Assembly (NCBI GenBank): GCA_963847185.1
Contig: CAWJYV010000010.1
Location: forward strand, 704,001 to 768,000
Direction of reading: 5' to 3'
DNA length: 64,000 bases
DNA from: an uncultured Methanosarcinaceae archaeon
Lineage (GTDB): Archaea > Halobacteriota > Methanosarcinia > Methanosarcinales > Methanosarcinaceae
Of this stretch, positions 43,675-54,922 are shown one piece after another (the stretch's first letter is position 1; each line of letters begins with the position of its first letter). The notes under the pieces were generated by a model that saw nothing but the letters and a program-made list of their open reading frames with translations, searched no databases and was not told where the DNA came from. The translations under genes and the position numbers were made by a program.

Positions 43675-44153
43675 AGAGCGCCCCTCACCGCGACGGATCG
43701 CGCCTCCTGACGCCCGCGGCCTTCGAGCCGGCGCTCGCCGCCGAGCTCAAGCGCGCCATGCGCAGCCAGACCTTCGTCGCGCTCGTCGCGATCGAGGCGC
43801 GGCGGGTATGGGACGGCCTGACGATTTCCGCCGACGATGGCACCGTTGCCGAACTGGCGGAGATCCTTTGCCACGAAGTCCGTGGGACGGACCTGCTCGC
43901 GTGCGCGGCCCGGGCCACGGTCTGGCTCGTCCTGCCCGACACAGACGGCGAAGGGTCGCAGGCCGTCATCGCCCGCGTCGTGGCGCGGGTCGACAGCCAC
44001 CGATTCTCCGCGCCGCTGTCGGTCGCCGTCGGCGCGTCCTGCTGTCCGACCGACGCGGCCGACGCCGCAACGCTGATGCGCGAAGCGGTCTCGCGACCGA
44101 TGTTCAGCGCGCGGCGCACCGTTGACCCCGCTCTTTCAATGGATCGCACATGA
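43671..44153 (+). CDS. Stand-alone degenerate GGDEF-fold protein retaining the RxxD I-site
   Basis: AELKRAMR..VALVAI...EVRGTDLLACAARATVWLVLPDT...SVAVGASCCP; ATGA-coupled on both sides. Confidence 0.7.
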   Translation: MKSAPHRDGSRLLTPAAFEPALAAELKRAMRSQTFVALVAIEARRVWDGLTISADDGTVAELAEILCHEVRGTDLLACAARATVWLVLPDTDGEGSQAVIARVVARVDSHRFSAPLSVAVGASCCPTDAADAATLMREAVSRPMFSARRTVDPALSMDRT

Positions 44154-44821
44154 ACAACGTCCCTCGCTCCAGCCGCACGCCGACCCGGTGGTTGGCCCCG
44201 TTCCTGGCCGTCCTCGCGGCCGTTGCGCTGCAGGCCCCCTCTCGGGCGGCCGCGCAGCAGGCGACCGGCACGAGCGGATCGTCGGCGCCCGCCCCTGCGC
44301 CCGACAGGCCCGCCGCGCCGCACGACACCGCAAACGTCAACGTCAGCGACTACCGGCTGGGCGCGGGCGACAAGCTGCGCATCGAGGTTTACAAGGACCC
44401 GCAGCTCTCGCAGTCGCTCCAGATCAGGCCCGACGGGAAGATCACCATGCCGCTCATCGGCGACATCCCCGCCGTGGGCCTCACGCCGCTCGAACTGCGC
44501 GACCGGCTGACGTCGATGCTCAAGGACTACGTGACCAACCCGGTCGTGACCGTCATCGTGCAGGAGGCCGTCGCCTCGAACGTCTACGTGATGGGCGAGG
44601 TCAACAAGCCCGGTCCCCTGCCGCTGTCCGGACCGATGACGGTCCTGCAGGCACTCGCCATGGCGGGGGGGTTCAAGGACTTTGCGAACACGAAGGACAT
44701 CAGGGTCCTGCGCCGGACGGCGACGGGCGTCGACACGCTCCACTTCAATTACAAGGACGCCGTGAAGGGGTCCGGCCGGGCCGTCTACCTCCGGTCTGGC
44801 GACACGATCATCGTCCCCTAG
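44150..44821 (+). CDS. wza: Polysaccharide export protein (Wza/OPX family)
   Basis: YRLGAGDKLRIEV, IRPDGKITMPLIG, VYVMGEVNKPG SLBB domain. Confidence 0.9.
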   Translation: MNNVPRSSRTPTRWLAPFLAVLAAVALQAPSRAAAQQATGTSGSSAPAPAPDRPAAPHDTANVNVSDYRLGAGDKLRIEVYKDPQLSQSLQIRPDGKITMPLIGDIPAVGLTPLELRDRLTSMLKDYVTNPVVTVIVQEAVASNVYVMGEVNKPGPLPLSGPMTVLQALAMAGGFKDFANTKDIRVLRRTATGVDTLHFNYKDAVKGSGRAVYLRSGDTIIVP

Positions 44822-44836
44822 CGAGCGAGGAACCAG

Positions 44837-46041
44837 ATGCACCCGACGCGTGTAGCGCACGCCTCCAGTCTCGCGGTTCTCCTCGCACTGGGGCTGTCCG
44901 TTCTGCCGGCATCGGCACAGACATTCCGCGAGGCGGATCCCGGCCGGACGCCCGGCTGGGTGTTCACGCCCACTTTCGTCTTCTCGCTGGCGCACGACGA
45001 CAACGTGACGCTCGCCGGACACCAGTCGCCGAGCGCGTCGGACACGCTCACGGTCGTCACGCCCGTCGCCGACGTGCAGTACCGCGGGCGGCACAACTGG
45101 ATTGGGGCCGGGTACGACGATCCTGGTCGCTCTATCGCACGCTCAACGAGCTCAACGCGTACGACCAGAACGTCCGGTTCGAGTCGCGCAGCGACGTCAC
45201 GCGGCGGGTGGCGCTGCTCTTCCACGAGCAGTACTCGCGGCACCCGACCACGGATGTCGTGGAACTGCTCGGCGTGCCGTTCCTCCGCACCGGTTCACGG
45301 CTGAACGACGCGCGCGCCGAGGTGAAGGTGCTCGCCGCCCGCCATACGAGCGTCAGCGCCTGGTACAGCCACGAACTGGTACGCTTCGAGAACGACCCCC
45401 TGTATGCGGAGTACCTGCACGGCGGACACGCGCACGCGTTGGCTGGATCCGTCGACCAGCAGGTATCGCCGCGGATCACGGTCGGCGCGCGCTACAGCTT
45501 CAGGCGCTCCCTGGTCGCGGACAACGGCGGCCAGGTTGACATGACGGACGCGGCGGGCAGCTTCTCGTACCTGGCGACGCCCTCCACGACCGTGGCCGGG
45601 TCGCTCGGCGTCGCCCGCCTCGTCGACTCCCGGGCGATGACCACCAAGACCGGCCCGTCGTGGAGCGCGAGCGTCGACCAGCGTCTCGACCGCGTTTCGC
45701 TGAGCGCCGCGTACGAGCGGTCGTACGTCCCCTCGTTCGGCCTCGGCGGCACGCTGCAGAACCAGGAGTTCACCGCCAGCCTTCGGATGCCGCTCGCCCG
45801 CAATCGCCTCTACTGGCAGGGCGGCGTTGCCTGGCGGCGCACCCAGCCGCTGACGATCACCGACCTGCCCCTGACGTCCCTGTGGTTCCAGACCTGGGTC
45901 GGCTACTCCGTCCAGCGGTGGCTGCGCGTCGAGGGCTACTTCTGGCGGACGCAGCAGGACTCGCACGCCGCGGGCGGCCGCGTGGATCGCGATCGCATCG
46001 GCATTCAGCTCGTGACGGCCATGCCCATGAGGATTCAGTAA
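44837..46041 (+). CDS. EPS-associated outer-membrane beta-barrel protein (frameshift ~45120)
   Basis: Signal peptide, HDDNV motif, alternating aromatic beta strands; sits next to a short Wza. Confidence 0.7.
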
Positions 46042-47487
46042 TGGACGAACCCCGTTTTCACCCGCTCGACTACCTGTCCGTCGTCAAACGGCGCAAGTGG
46101 TGGCTGATTGTCCCGCTCGCGCTCGCGACAGCCGTCGGGGTCGCGCTCGCGATCTTCCTGCCGCGCGAGGTACCTCTCGAGCACGACGATCGGCGTCACC
46201 TCGCCGTCGGTGTCGCCCGACATCGCCAAGGTCGGGGCGCCGCTCGATCGCGAGGAGCGCCAGCGGGCGATCGGCCAGCAGTTGCTCAGCAAGAACGTGC
46301 TGACCCGCGTGGTGCGCGCCGAGCACCTCTCGAACGACGACGCCTCGGACGAGGCGGCGGTCGCGCGGCTGCGAGGCCACGTCCAGCCGATCGCGCTGAC
46401 ACAGCCAATCAGCGGAGCGGAGGGAGGCCCCGACACCTTCATGTTGTCCTACGTGGATGCGACGCCCGAGGCGGCGCAGCGGATCACCGCGCGCATCGCC
46501 CAGGTCTTCGTGGACGAGACCTCGAAGGGCCAGGAGACCCGCGCGCAGGACACGACGCAGTTCATTGCCAACCAGCTCGCACTGAGCAGGACGCGGCTGT
46601 CGCAGCTCGAGGAACGGCTCACCGCGGCCAAGCGCGCGTACATGGGCAGGCTGCCCGAGCAAAGCGCCGCCAATCTTCAGACCCTCAACGGCCTCCGGCA
46701 GCAGCTCGACTCGACCGACACGGCGCTGCGCGGTGAGCAGGACCGCCTGTCGATGATCGAGCGGCAGATGGGGGCCATGCGCGAGGGCGCGGACTCGGTG
46801 CCGCTCGTGCGCGGCGACGTCCCGCAGGTGCCGTCCACGCCCCAAGGGCGCGTCGCCGCCCTCGAACGCCAGCTGGCCGAGGCGCGGCTCATGTACACCG
46901 ACAAGCACCCGGAGGTCGTGCGGCTGCAGGAGGAGTTGAAGCGCGCGCGGTCGGAGGCCGCGGCCGAGCGGGCGCGCCCGGAGTCGGACCGGATCACCAC
47001 GCTGAAGGCCGATCCGACCTACCGCCAGCTGATGGCAGACCAGGAGAACGGGCGAATGCGCGTCCGTGAACTGCAACGCGCCGAGACGCAGATTCGCGCG
47101 CAGATCAACGCCTACCAACAGCGCGTGGAGGGATCGCCGCTGGTGGAACAGCAACTGACGTCGCTGCAGCGCGACTACGACCTGGAGAAGAAACAGGACC
47201 AGGAACTGTCCGCACGACGGGATGCGGCTGCACTCTCCGAAGACCTCGAGCGGAGGCAGGCGGGCGAGCGCTTCAGGGTGCTGTCTCCCGCCAACTGGCC
47301 TCACGAGCCGTTCCGACCGAACGTCTTCCGCATCCTGGTGATGGCGCTCGTGGCCGGCGTCTTCCTCGGCGGCCTCGCCGCGGTCGGCCGCGAGTTCCTC
47401 GACCGTTCGATCTACGACGCGCACACGCTGCAGCACGACTACGACCTGCCGGTGCTCGGCGAAATCTCTCGGATCCGGGCCGCATAG
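46041..47487 (+). CDS. Polysaccharide co-polymerase/chain-length determinant (Wzc N-terminal part; frameshift ~46170)
   Basis: DYLSVVKRRKWW TM, coiled coil, YTDKHPEVVRL, GERFRVLSPA..P..PF.PN, LPVLGEI. Confidence 0.85.
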
Positions 47488-47495
47488 GAGACGAC

Positions 47496-48497
47496 ATGAG
47501 CCGCATCCAGCAAATCCTCGACAAGGCCGAGCGCGAAGGGCGCATGAGGCGCACAGTCGCGCTCGAGGACGCGGTGGCGACCCCGCCGCCCGCCGCGCCG
47601 CGACCGGTGGAGGCGCCCGCCGCCGTCCGTCCGGAGCCTGCCCGACCGGAGCCGCCGCGGCCCGATCCCCCGCGGCCCGTCGCGGTTCGGCCGACAGCCG
47701 CGCCGGCACGCGCGACCGCGGCGCCGCCGCCAGCACCAGCGCCCGTGGTCGTCAGCCCGCTGGTAACACCCACGCGCATCAGCGACGCGAAGCTCGGGCC
47801 GCTTGGCATCGCCGCTCTCCAGCCGCATTCGGCGGTGGCGGAGCAGTACCGAACGCTGCGGACCCGGATTCCGCAGTCCGAGCAGGAACGCTACTACCGC
47901 GCCATCCTCGTCACCAGCCCGTGCGCCGGGGACGGCAAGAGCGTCACCTCGCTCAACCTCGCGCTCGCCATGGCGCAGGAGTTCCACCGCCGCGTCCTGC
48001 TGGTGGACGCCGATCTCCGGGACCCGTCGCTCCACCGGCTGCTCGGCATTCCGGGCCGGCCCGGCCTCTCCGAGATCCTGGCCGGCACCGCGACGCCCGA
48101 CGAGGCGATGGTGACGCTTGCCGACTGCCGGCTGACGGTGCTTCCGGCCGGGAGCCCGGTCGATCGCCCCACGGAGCTGCTCGGGTCGGCGGAAATGCGC
48201 CGGCTGGTCGACACGCTCCGGACGCAGTTCGACCGCGTCATCTTCGACACGCCGCCGGCGGTCCCGCTCGCCGATGTCGGCGTCCTCGCGCCGCTGGCCG
48301 ACGGCGTGCTTCTCGTCGTCCGCGCGGGGCAGACGCCGCGTCCCGCAATCGATCGCGCCGTCGAGGACATCTCCCCGGAGCGCATCCTGGGCCTCGTCCT
48401 CAACGACGTCCCCGAAATTGCGGCGGAGGACCGGTACGGCACCCCGCCGGCGGACGCACCCGTGCGGCCGCGCGGCGCGCGCCGGGCGTCGGCGTGA
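47496..48497 (+). CDS. CpsD/CapB-type tyrosine autokinase
   Basis: AEQYRTLRT, TSPCAGDGKS, LLVDADLR, IFDTPP; Pro-rich N-terminal linker. Confidence 0.9.
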   Translation: MSRIQQILDKAEREGRMRRTVALEDAVATPPPAAPRPVEAPAAVRPEPARPEPPRPDPPRPVAVRPTAAPARATAAPPPAPAPVVVSPLVTPTRISDAKLGPLGIAALQPHSAVAEQYRTLRTRIPQSEQERYYRAILVTSPCAGDGKSVTSLNLALAMAQEFHRRVLLVDADLRDPSLHRLLGIPGRPGLSEILAGTATPDEAMVTLADCRLTVLPAGSPVDRPTELLGSAEMRRLVDTLRTQFDRVIFDTPPAVPLADVGVLAPLADGVLLVVRAGQTPRPAIDRAVEDISPERILGLVLNDVPEIAAEDRYGTPPADAPVRPRGARRASA

Positions 48498-48510
48498 GGG
48501 AGGCGGAAGG

Positions 48511-49884
48511 GTGACACTGTTCAAGCGGTCGGTCTCGGCGCGCGGCGTGGCGGCATTCGCGGGCGAGATCCTGCTGATCTTCGGCTCGGTCGCCGCTGCC
48601 ATGCGCCTGCACGACCCCGCGGCCGACCCGGCCACCGTGTTGTGGAAGGCAGGCCTCACGGCAGTGGTGTGCCAGCTCACCCTGTACTACAACGACTTCT
48701 ACGACCTGACGCTGGTGCAGTCGAGTCGCGAACTCGTCGTCCGGCTCCTGCAGTCGGCCGGCGCCGCGACCATCATCCTCGCGGGCCTGTACATCGCCGT
48801 GCCTGCCTTCAACCTGGGCAGCAGCGTCGTCGTCACGGCCCTCTGCCTGTTCCTCGTCGCGGTGCTCACCTGGCGCATCGTGTTCTACCGCATTGCCGAC
48901 TCGCGCCACCTCGAAGAGCGGGTCCTGATCGTCGGCACCGGCAGCGCCGCCCGCACAGTGGCGCGCCAGATTCTGATCGAGCGCGATTTCGGCTACCGGC
49001 TGGTTGGCTTCGTGGACGACGAGCCGGCCGACGCGGTCCACGGCGCCGCGCGGGCCGCCGTGCTCGGCAGCACCGCCGATATCCCTCGCCTCGTCGAGGC
49101 GTACGGCGTGAGCCGCATCGTCGTCGGCCTGCGCGACCGCCGGGGCCGCCTGCCGATCCAGGAACTGATGCAGGCGAAGCTCTCGGGGGTCCGCGTCGAA
49201 GATGCGACACAAACCTACGAGCGGATTACCGGGAAGATCCTCGTCGACAACCTGCGCCCCAGCTGGCTGATCTTCTCAGATGGTTTTTACGTGTCGAGGC
49301 TGACGCGCGCCGCAAAGCGCGCCGCCGACATGGGGCTGGCGCTGTTTGGGGCCCTCCTCGCCACGCCGCTCATGGTGGTCACGGGCATCGCGGTCTGGCT
49401 CGAATCCGGGCGACCCGTTCTCTATCGCCAGGACCGCGTGGGCCTCAACGGCCGCACCTTCACGCTCTATAAGTTCCGCTCGATGCGCGCCGATGCCGAG
49501 TCGGGGACGCCCGTGTGGGCGCAGGACCGCGACGATCGTGTCACCGCCGTCGGCCGGGTGATCCGCAAGACGAGGCTCGACGAGCTGCCGCAGCTCTGGA
49601 ACGTGCTGCGAGGGGACATGAGCTTCGTCGGTCCGCGGCCCGAGCGCCCGTTCTTCGTCGAGCAGTTGAGCGCGCAGATTCCCTTCTACCCCCAGCGCCA
49701 CGCGGTCAGACCCGGACTTACGGGGTGGGCGCAGGTGAGGTATCGGTACGGCGCTTCCGTCGAGGATGCCATGGAGAAGCTGCGCTACGACCTTTACTAC
49801 ATCAAGAACCTCTCGTTCGGCTTCGACGTCACGATCATTTTCGACACGGTGAAGGTCATCCTGTCCGGCAAGGGGGCCAAGTGA
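48511..49884 (+). CDS. Priming undecaprenyl-phosphate sugar transferase (PEP-CTERM/XrtA-system type)
   Basis: TM region, CoA-binding-like domain, [48 protein letters not shown]. Confidence 0.92.
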   Translation: MTLFKRSVSARGVAAFAGEILLIFGSVAAAMRLHDPAADPATVLWKAGLTAVVCQLTLYYNDFYDLTLVQSSRELVVRLLQSAGAATIILAGLYIAVPAFNLGSSVVVTALCLFLVAVLTWRIVFYRIADSRHLEERVLIVGTGSAARTVARQILIERDFGYRLVGFVDDEPADAVHGAARAAVLGSTADIPRLVEAYGVSRIVVGLRDRRGRLPIQELMQAKLSGVRVEDATQTYERITGKILVDNLRPSWLIFSDGFYVSRLTRAAKRAADMGLALFGALLATPLMVVTGIAVWLESGRPVLYRQDRVGLNGRTFTLYKFRSMRADAESGTPVWAQDRDDRVTAVGRVIRKTRLDELPQLWNVLRGDMSFVGPRPERPFFVEQLSAQIPFYPQRHAVRPGLTGWAQVRYRYGASVEDAMEKLRYDLYYIKNLSFGFDVTIIFDTVKVILSGKGAK

Positions 49885-51459
49885 CCCAGCCCTCCCCCGT
49901 CCGCTCGCCGTGGGACGGATCCGGCACCGCGCTGCCCGCCATCGCGCGCAATGTCGGCACTCGATACCTAGCCATCGCAACCGAGGCGGTCCTCGGCCTG
50001 CGTCATCCTCCCCTTCAACATTGCGAAGCTGGGCCAGGACGGGTACGGCCTCTGGATGATCGCGGCCTCGATCACCGCCTACTTCTCGATTCTCGATCTC
50101 GGCTACGGCGGCGCGCTCGTCAAGTTCGTCGCGCACTACCGCGCCAAGCGCGATGCCGAGGCCATCAACGACATCCTGTCCACGTTGTTCGTGGTCTTCA
50201 CCGCGGGCGCGCTCCTGGCGTGGCTGCTGGCGGCCGCCATCGGCCTTCAGCTCGAATCGCTCTTCCACCTGGACCCCGCGCGCGCCGCCACCGGCCGGGC
50301 CGTCCTGCTCATCATCGCGGCGCAGGTGGCGTCGGGCTTCGCGTTCAGCGTCTTTGGCGCCGTCATCAACGGTTTTCAGCGCTACGACTTGAACAACATC
50401 GTCGGCGCCACAACCAGCATCATCGTGGCACTGGTCAACGTCGCCGTGCTCAGCGCCGACGGTGGCCTGGTGACCCTGGTCGCCTCCACCACGGCCGTGC
50501 GCTTCTTTGCGTATTTCGTCTACCGGCACAACGCCTATCGCGTCTTCCCGGCCCTCTCGGTGCGCGCGTCCCGCTTCAGCCTGATCCGACTTCGCGAGGT
50601 CACCGGGTTCAGCGTCTTCGTCCTGATGCTCGATTGGGCGGCCAAGGTGAACTACTCGGTGGACGCCATCGTCATCGGCGCCACGCTCGGCACCGCGGCT
50701 GTGGCGATTTGGACCGTGCCGCAGCGCCTGGTCGAGGCGATCCAGCGAATGACGAACCAGCTGAACGACGTGCTGTTTCCGACGGTCGTCGACAGCGACA
50801 CCGCGAACCGCCAGGATTGGCTTCGCCTCATCCTCGTCCAGGCCACGCGCCTGTCGCTTGCGGCCGTCCTGCCTGCCGCGTGCTTCCTCGCGGTATTTGC
50901 CGGGCGCATCATCACCGGCTGGGTCGGGCCCGGCTTTCCGGGCGCGGTGCCCGTCGCCATTCTACTCGCCGCCGTCGTCGCGATGCGCGTCGGCACCGCC
51001 ACGGCGATGACCATCCTCAAAGGAGCCGGGCTCCACCGCATGCTGGCGTGGACCAACCTCGCCACCGCGGCCGCGAACCTGTCGCTCAGCCTGTTGCTGG
51101 TGCGGCGCTTCGGCCTGACGGGCGTGGCGGTCGGGACGCTTCTTCCCGTCGCGGCGGCGTCCGCGTTAGTGATCTTCCCCGTCGGCTGCCGGCGCGTGGG
51201 CATCCCGCTGGGCCGGGCGTTGCGCCAGGCAGTCTGGCCGGCGGCCTGGCCGGCGGCGGTGCTCACAGCGTGGCTGTTCGCCGTGCGGCCGTTCGTGCCC
51301 GCATGGCTCCCCGCGGTGGCCGTACACGCCGCCGTTGCGGGAGCGCTGTACCTGCTTCTGTTCGTCCGTTGGGGCCTGCCTCCGGCGGAGCGACGCTTCT
51401 ACGTCTCGAAAGCCGCGCCGATGGTGGCGCGCTTCAGGCGCGCGGAGGTCACCACGTGA
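49881..51459 (+). CDS. Wzx-type oligosaccharide flippase (frameshift ~50000)
   Basis: YGLW...LDLGYGGALVKFVA and many TM helices. Confidence 0.85.
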
Positions 51460-52280
51460 GTACCAGAGCCGTCATCCTCGCCGCCGGCCGCGGGTCGCGT
51501 CTCGGACCTCGCCTGGCTGGCCTGCCCAAGTGCCTGCTGACCCTCGGCGGCGTCACCCTCCTCGAGCGGCAGCTGGCATCGCTGCGTCTCGCCGGCATCA
51601 AGTCGTGCACCGTCGTGGCCGGCTACGAGGCGCCACGTGTCTCAGCAATCTGCGCGGGTCTGGCGGACGTCCTCGTGAATGACCGGTTCGCCGAGACCAA
51701 CAGCATGTACTCGCTCTGGCTGGCGCGCACGTTTCTCGCAGACGGCTTCATCGTGATGAACGGCGACGTCCTGTTCCATCCTCAGCTCTTGACGGACTTG
51801 CTGTCGTCGCGCTTCGACGACGCGCTGCTCGTCGCCTTCCGGGATCCGACGGCGGCGCCGTTCGGCGATGAGGAGATGAAGGTGAAGGTGCGGGGCGGCC
51901 GCGTCGCGGACATTTCGAAGACGCTGCCAGCGGAAGACACGGACGGCGAGAACGTGGGCGTGGCGCGCTTCTCGCCCGACGGCGCGGCCTTGCTCTGCGA
52001 GCTCATGGACGACCTGGTCGGCCAGGGCCGGCTGCGCGAGTGGGCACCCCGGGCATTCCAGGCCTTCGCCGCCCGGCGGCCGCTGCACGCCGTCGGGACC
52101 CGGGGCTATCCCTGGATCGAAATCGACTTCCAGGAAGACTACCAGCGAGCGTGTGCGGAGGTCCTGCCGCAGCTCGATGGTGACGCCGGAGACACCGGCG
52201 AGTTGCCCGTGCTCGGCGCGCCCCCGATGGCGGCCGGCGATTCCCCGGCGGAGTGGAGGCCGCAGACCCGCCATGTATGA
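51456..52280 (+). CDS. Nucleotidyltransferase, LicC-like phosphocholine/phosphonate cytidylyltransferase family
   Basis: AVILAAGRGSRL..PKCLL, TNSMYSL, NGDVLF, EEMKV, WIEIDFQED. Confidence 0.8.
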   Translation: MSTRAVILAAGRGSRLGPRLAGLPKCLLTLGGVTLLERQLASLRLAGIKSCTVVAGYEAPRVSAICAGLADVLVNDRFAETNSMYSLWLARTFLADGFIVMNGDVLFHPQLLTDLLSSRFDDALLVAFRDPTAAPFGDEEMKVKVRGGRVADISKTLPAEDTDGENVGVARFSPDGAALLCELMDDLVGQGRLREWAPRAFQAFAARRPLHAVGTRGYPWIEIDFQEDYQRACAEVLPQLDGDAGDTGELPVLGAPPMAAGDSPAEWRPQTRHV

Positions 52281-53643
52281 GCGCTTCTTCAACCTTCGTG
52301 AGCGCCCGTTCGCGCTCAGCCCTGACCCCGACTACCTGTACCCGAGCCGGGTTCACCGGGAGGCGCTGGGCTACCTGCGCTACGGCATCGAAAGCCAGGC
52401 GGGCTTCGTGTTGATCACCGGCGAAATCGGGTCCGGCAAGACGACGCTCCTGCAGGCCCTGCTGCGGGGCCTCGACTCGCAGACAACCGTCATCCGCCTC
52501 ATGAACACGCTGCTCGAGCCGCGCGAACTGCTCGAGGCGATTGCCATCGACCTCGGCTTCGAACCGACGTCGACGAGCAAGCCCGTCTTGCTGCGTGAAC
52601 TCGCTACGCGGCTGGTGGACGAGCGGACAGCGGGCCGGATTGTCCTGCTCGTCATCGACGAGGCGCAGAACCTCGGGCTTCCCGCGCTCGAGGAGATTCG
52701 CATGCTGTCGAACCTCGAGACGGAAAAGTCGAAGCTGGTGCAGATCGTGCTCGTCGGGCAGCCGGATCTGCGCGACAAGCTCAACCTGCCAGTCCTCGAA
52801 CAGCTGCGCCAACGCATCACGGTCAGCTATCACCTGGCGGCCCTCGACGCCGGCGAAACCGAGGCGTACATCAACCATCGCCTCCGTCGCGCCGCGCTTG
52901 GCGCACCACTGCAGCTGACCCGCGACGTCACCGACCGCATTCACGAGCGGTCGCGAGGCGTGCCTCGCCTGGTCAACGTCATCTGCGACGCCGTCCTCGT
53001 CTTCGCCTATGCCGAGGAGCGGCACGGGATTGACCGTCCCCTGCTCGAGGAGGCCCTCGGCGAGCTGGAAGCGACCGGCGTGCTCCGACCGCCGGAACCC
53101 GCCACCGTTCCGGTGGAAGTTGCCGAGAGCATGCCGGAACCAGACGCGTACCGTCCCGCGGTAGCCGTCGCGCAGGAGGCACTGCCGCCTCCCTCGCCGG
53201 CGAACCACGAGGCGGAGGTCGGGCACGTCCAGGAACTGGTCGAGAAGGAAGCGACGCTGCGAATGAAGGAGCAGCAACTGGCGCGGCGCGAAGAGCAGCT
53301 CGCCGAGCAGCGGCGAGTGCTGGCCGAGGAGTATCGCCTCTTCCGCGGCCGGCAGTCGCGCGATCTCGCGGTCATGACCCTCGAGCGAGACGAGCCTTAC
53401 GGAGATTGGCCCGCCGCCGCGCCCTGGCCACCGGCCCACCCGGCCCCGGCCTCGGCGTCGAAAGCGATGGCAGCGCCGGTCGCCACTTTGTCCCCGTCGC
53501 GGACGGCGGGCGCCCGGATTGAACAGAAAGCGGTCGCCTCACAACGGTGGACATCTCAGGCGCCGCCTCGACGTCGCTTCTGGCGGCGCGTGAAGCACCT
53601 GCTGCTGGGATTCTCGGAGCCCGTCATGGAGGATCGTTCCTGA
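52273..53643 (+). CDS. ExeA/GspA-like AAA ATPase of PEP-CTERM EPS loci
   Basis: MYERFFNLRERPFALSPDP, TGEIGSGKTT, IDEAQNL, LVGQP, SRGVPRLVNVICD. Confidence 0.9.
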   Translation: MYERFFNLRERPFALSPDPDYLYPSRVHREALGYLRYGIESQAGFVLITGEIGSGKTTLLQALLRGLDSQTTVIRLMNTLLEPRELLEAIAIDLGFEPTSTSKPVLLRELATRLVDERTAGRIVLLVIDEAQNLGLPALEEIRMLSNLETEKSKLVQIVLVGQPDLRDKLNLPVLEQLRQRITVSYHLAALDAGETEAYINHRLRRAALGAPLQLTRDVTDRIHERSRGVPRLVNVICDAVLVFAYAEERHGIDRPLLEEALGELEATGVLRPPEPATVPVEVAESMPEPDAYRPAVAVAQEALPPPSPANHEAEVGHVQELVEKEATLRMKEQQLARREEQLAEQRRVLAEEYRLFRGRQSRDLAVMTLERDEPYGDWPAAAPWPPAHPAPASASKAMAAPVATLSPSRTAGARIEQKAVASQRWTSQAPPRRRFWRRVKHLLLGFSEPVMEDRS

Positions 53644-53655
53644 GCGGACGCGGTC

Positions 53656-54810
53656 ATGAAAGCCCTCTTCTGGATTGCTGCCGCCATCGTTCTCTACGTC
53701 TACGCAGGCTACCCGGCCTTGCTGGCCGTTTGGGCACGCCTCCGGCCGGCGCGCGGCACGCGCAATGCCGGCGGGGAACTGCCATCGATCAGCATCGTCG
53801 TCGCAGTTCGCAACGAAGCACCACGTCTGCCGGGACGCCTCAACAACCTCCTCTCGCTCGACTACCCGAAGCGTCTCCGCGAGATTGTAGTGGTGTCGGA
53901 TGGCTCTGACGACGAGACCGAGCAGGTGCTGCGCCCGTACGCCGCCGACGTCCGGACGCTGTTCCTTCCTCCGGGCGGCAAGGCCGCCGCGCTCAATGCC
54001 GGGGTGGCAGCCGCGCGCCACGATCTAGTGGTGTTCGCGGATGCGCGTCAACGATTCGCGACGGACGCCCTCCGGCAACTGGTGCGGCCGTTCGCCGACT
54101 CGTCCGTCGGCGGCGTATCGGGCGAGCTGATGATCGATGCCGACGAGGCGGCGTCGGCCACGATGGCAAACGGGTCGGCGGTCTCCGAAGGCGTCGGCGT
54201 TTATTGGCGGTACGAGAAGTGGCTGCGGCAGCACGAGAGCGACATCGGTTCGACGCTCGGGGCGACAGGGGCCATCTGGGCCCTGCGGCGATCGGCTTGG
54301 CGGCCGCTCCCGCCCGAGACGCTGCTGGACGACGTACTGGCCCCGCTGCGCGCTGTGCTGGACGGGTACCGGGTCGTCTTCGCCCCCCTCGCCCGCGCTT
54401 TCGACCGCAGTTCGCCCGACGCCGACACTGAACGGCGGCGCAAGGTGCGCACGCTCGCGGGTAACTACCAGCTTCTCAGTCTGGAGCCGCGACTGCTGCT
54501 GCCGGTGGTGAACCCGGTGTGGCTGCAGTTCGTGTCGCACAAGCTCGGGCGGCTCGTTGTCCCGTACGCCCTCGCTGCCCTGCTGGTTTCCAGCGCGGCC
54601 CTTGCACCAACCGGAGCGGTATACGCGGCAGCGTTGACTCTCCAGGTGCTGTTCTACGTGCTCGCGGCCCACGGGGCCGTGATCGCACTCGCCTCCGACG
54701 ACGAGGTAGAGCGAGCGGCGACAACGGCGCACGCTGGCGTCGCTCGGACCTCATGGAATCCGGCGTTGGCCGGTTACGAGGACCGCCGCGAAGAAGGAGT
54801 TCGTGAATGA
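53656..54810 (+). CDS. GT2 family membrane glycosyltransferase
   Basis: SDGSDD, GKAAALN, FADARQ, YWRYEKWLR..ES, LDDV, RRKVRTLAGNYQ, SHKLGRL. Confidence 0.9.
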   Translation: MKALFWIAAAIVLYVYAGYPALLAVWARLRPARGTRNAGGELPSISIVVAVRNEAPRLPGRLNNLLSLDYPKRLREIVVVSDGSDDETEQVLRPYAADVRTLFLPPGGKAAALNAGVAAARHDLVVFADARQRFATDALRQLVRPFADSSVGGVSGELMIDADEAASATMANGSAVSEGVGVYWRYEKWLRQHESDIGSTLGATGAIWALRRSAWRPLPPETLLDDVLAPLRAVLDGYRVVFAPLARAFDRSSPDADTERRRKVRTLAGNYQLLSLEPRLLLPVVNPVWLQFVSHKLGRLVVPYALAALLVSSAALAPTGAVYAAALTLQVLFYVLAAHGAVIALASDDEVERAATTAHAGVARTSWNPALAGYEDRREEGVRE

Positions 54811-54920
54811 AAGGTGTGATTGACCGGCTGTCGCGCGTGGCTTTCACGTTCGCGCTGATGAACTACGCCGCCATTGCGGGCTTGGTCGAGGCCGTTCGCG
54901 GCCGGCGGGTCTGGCGGTAA
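54807..54920 (+). CDS. 37-aa ORF resembling the last helix of the upstream GT2 family
   Basis: AAGGAG RBS and ATGA overlap; MKGVIDRLSRVAFTFALMNYAAIAGLVEAVRGRRVWR*. Confidence 0.65.
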   Translation: MKGVIDRLSRVAFTFALMNYAAIAGLVEAVRGRRVWR

Positions 54921-54922
54921 TC

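Noticed and set aside
49515-52280. 921-aa protein
   Set aside because: Only 51456-52280 (nucleotidyltransferase) and a short stretch of the frameshifted flippase start are real; the rest is off-frame.
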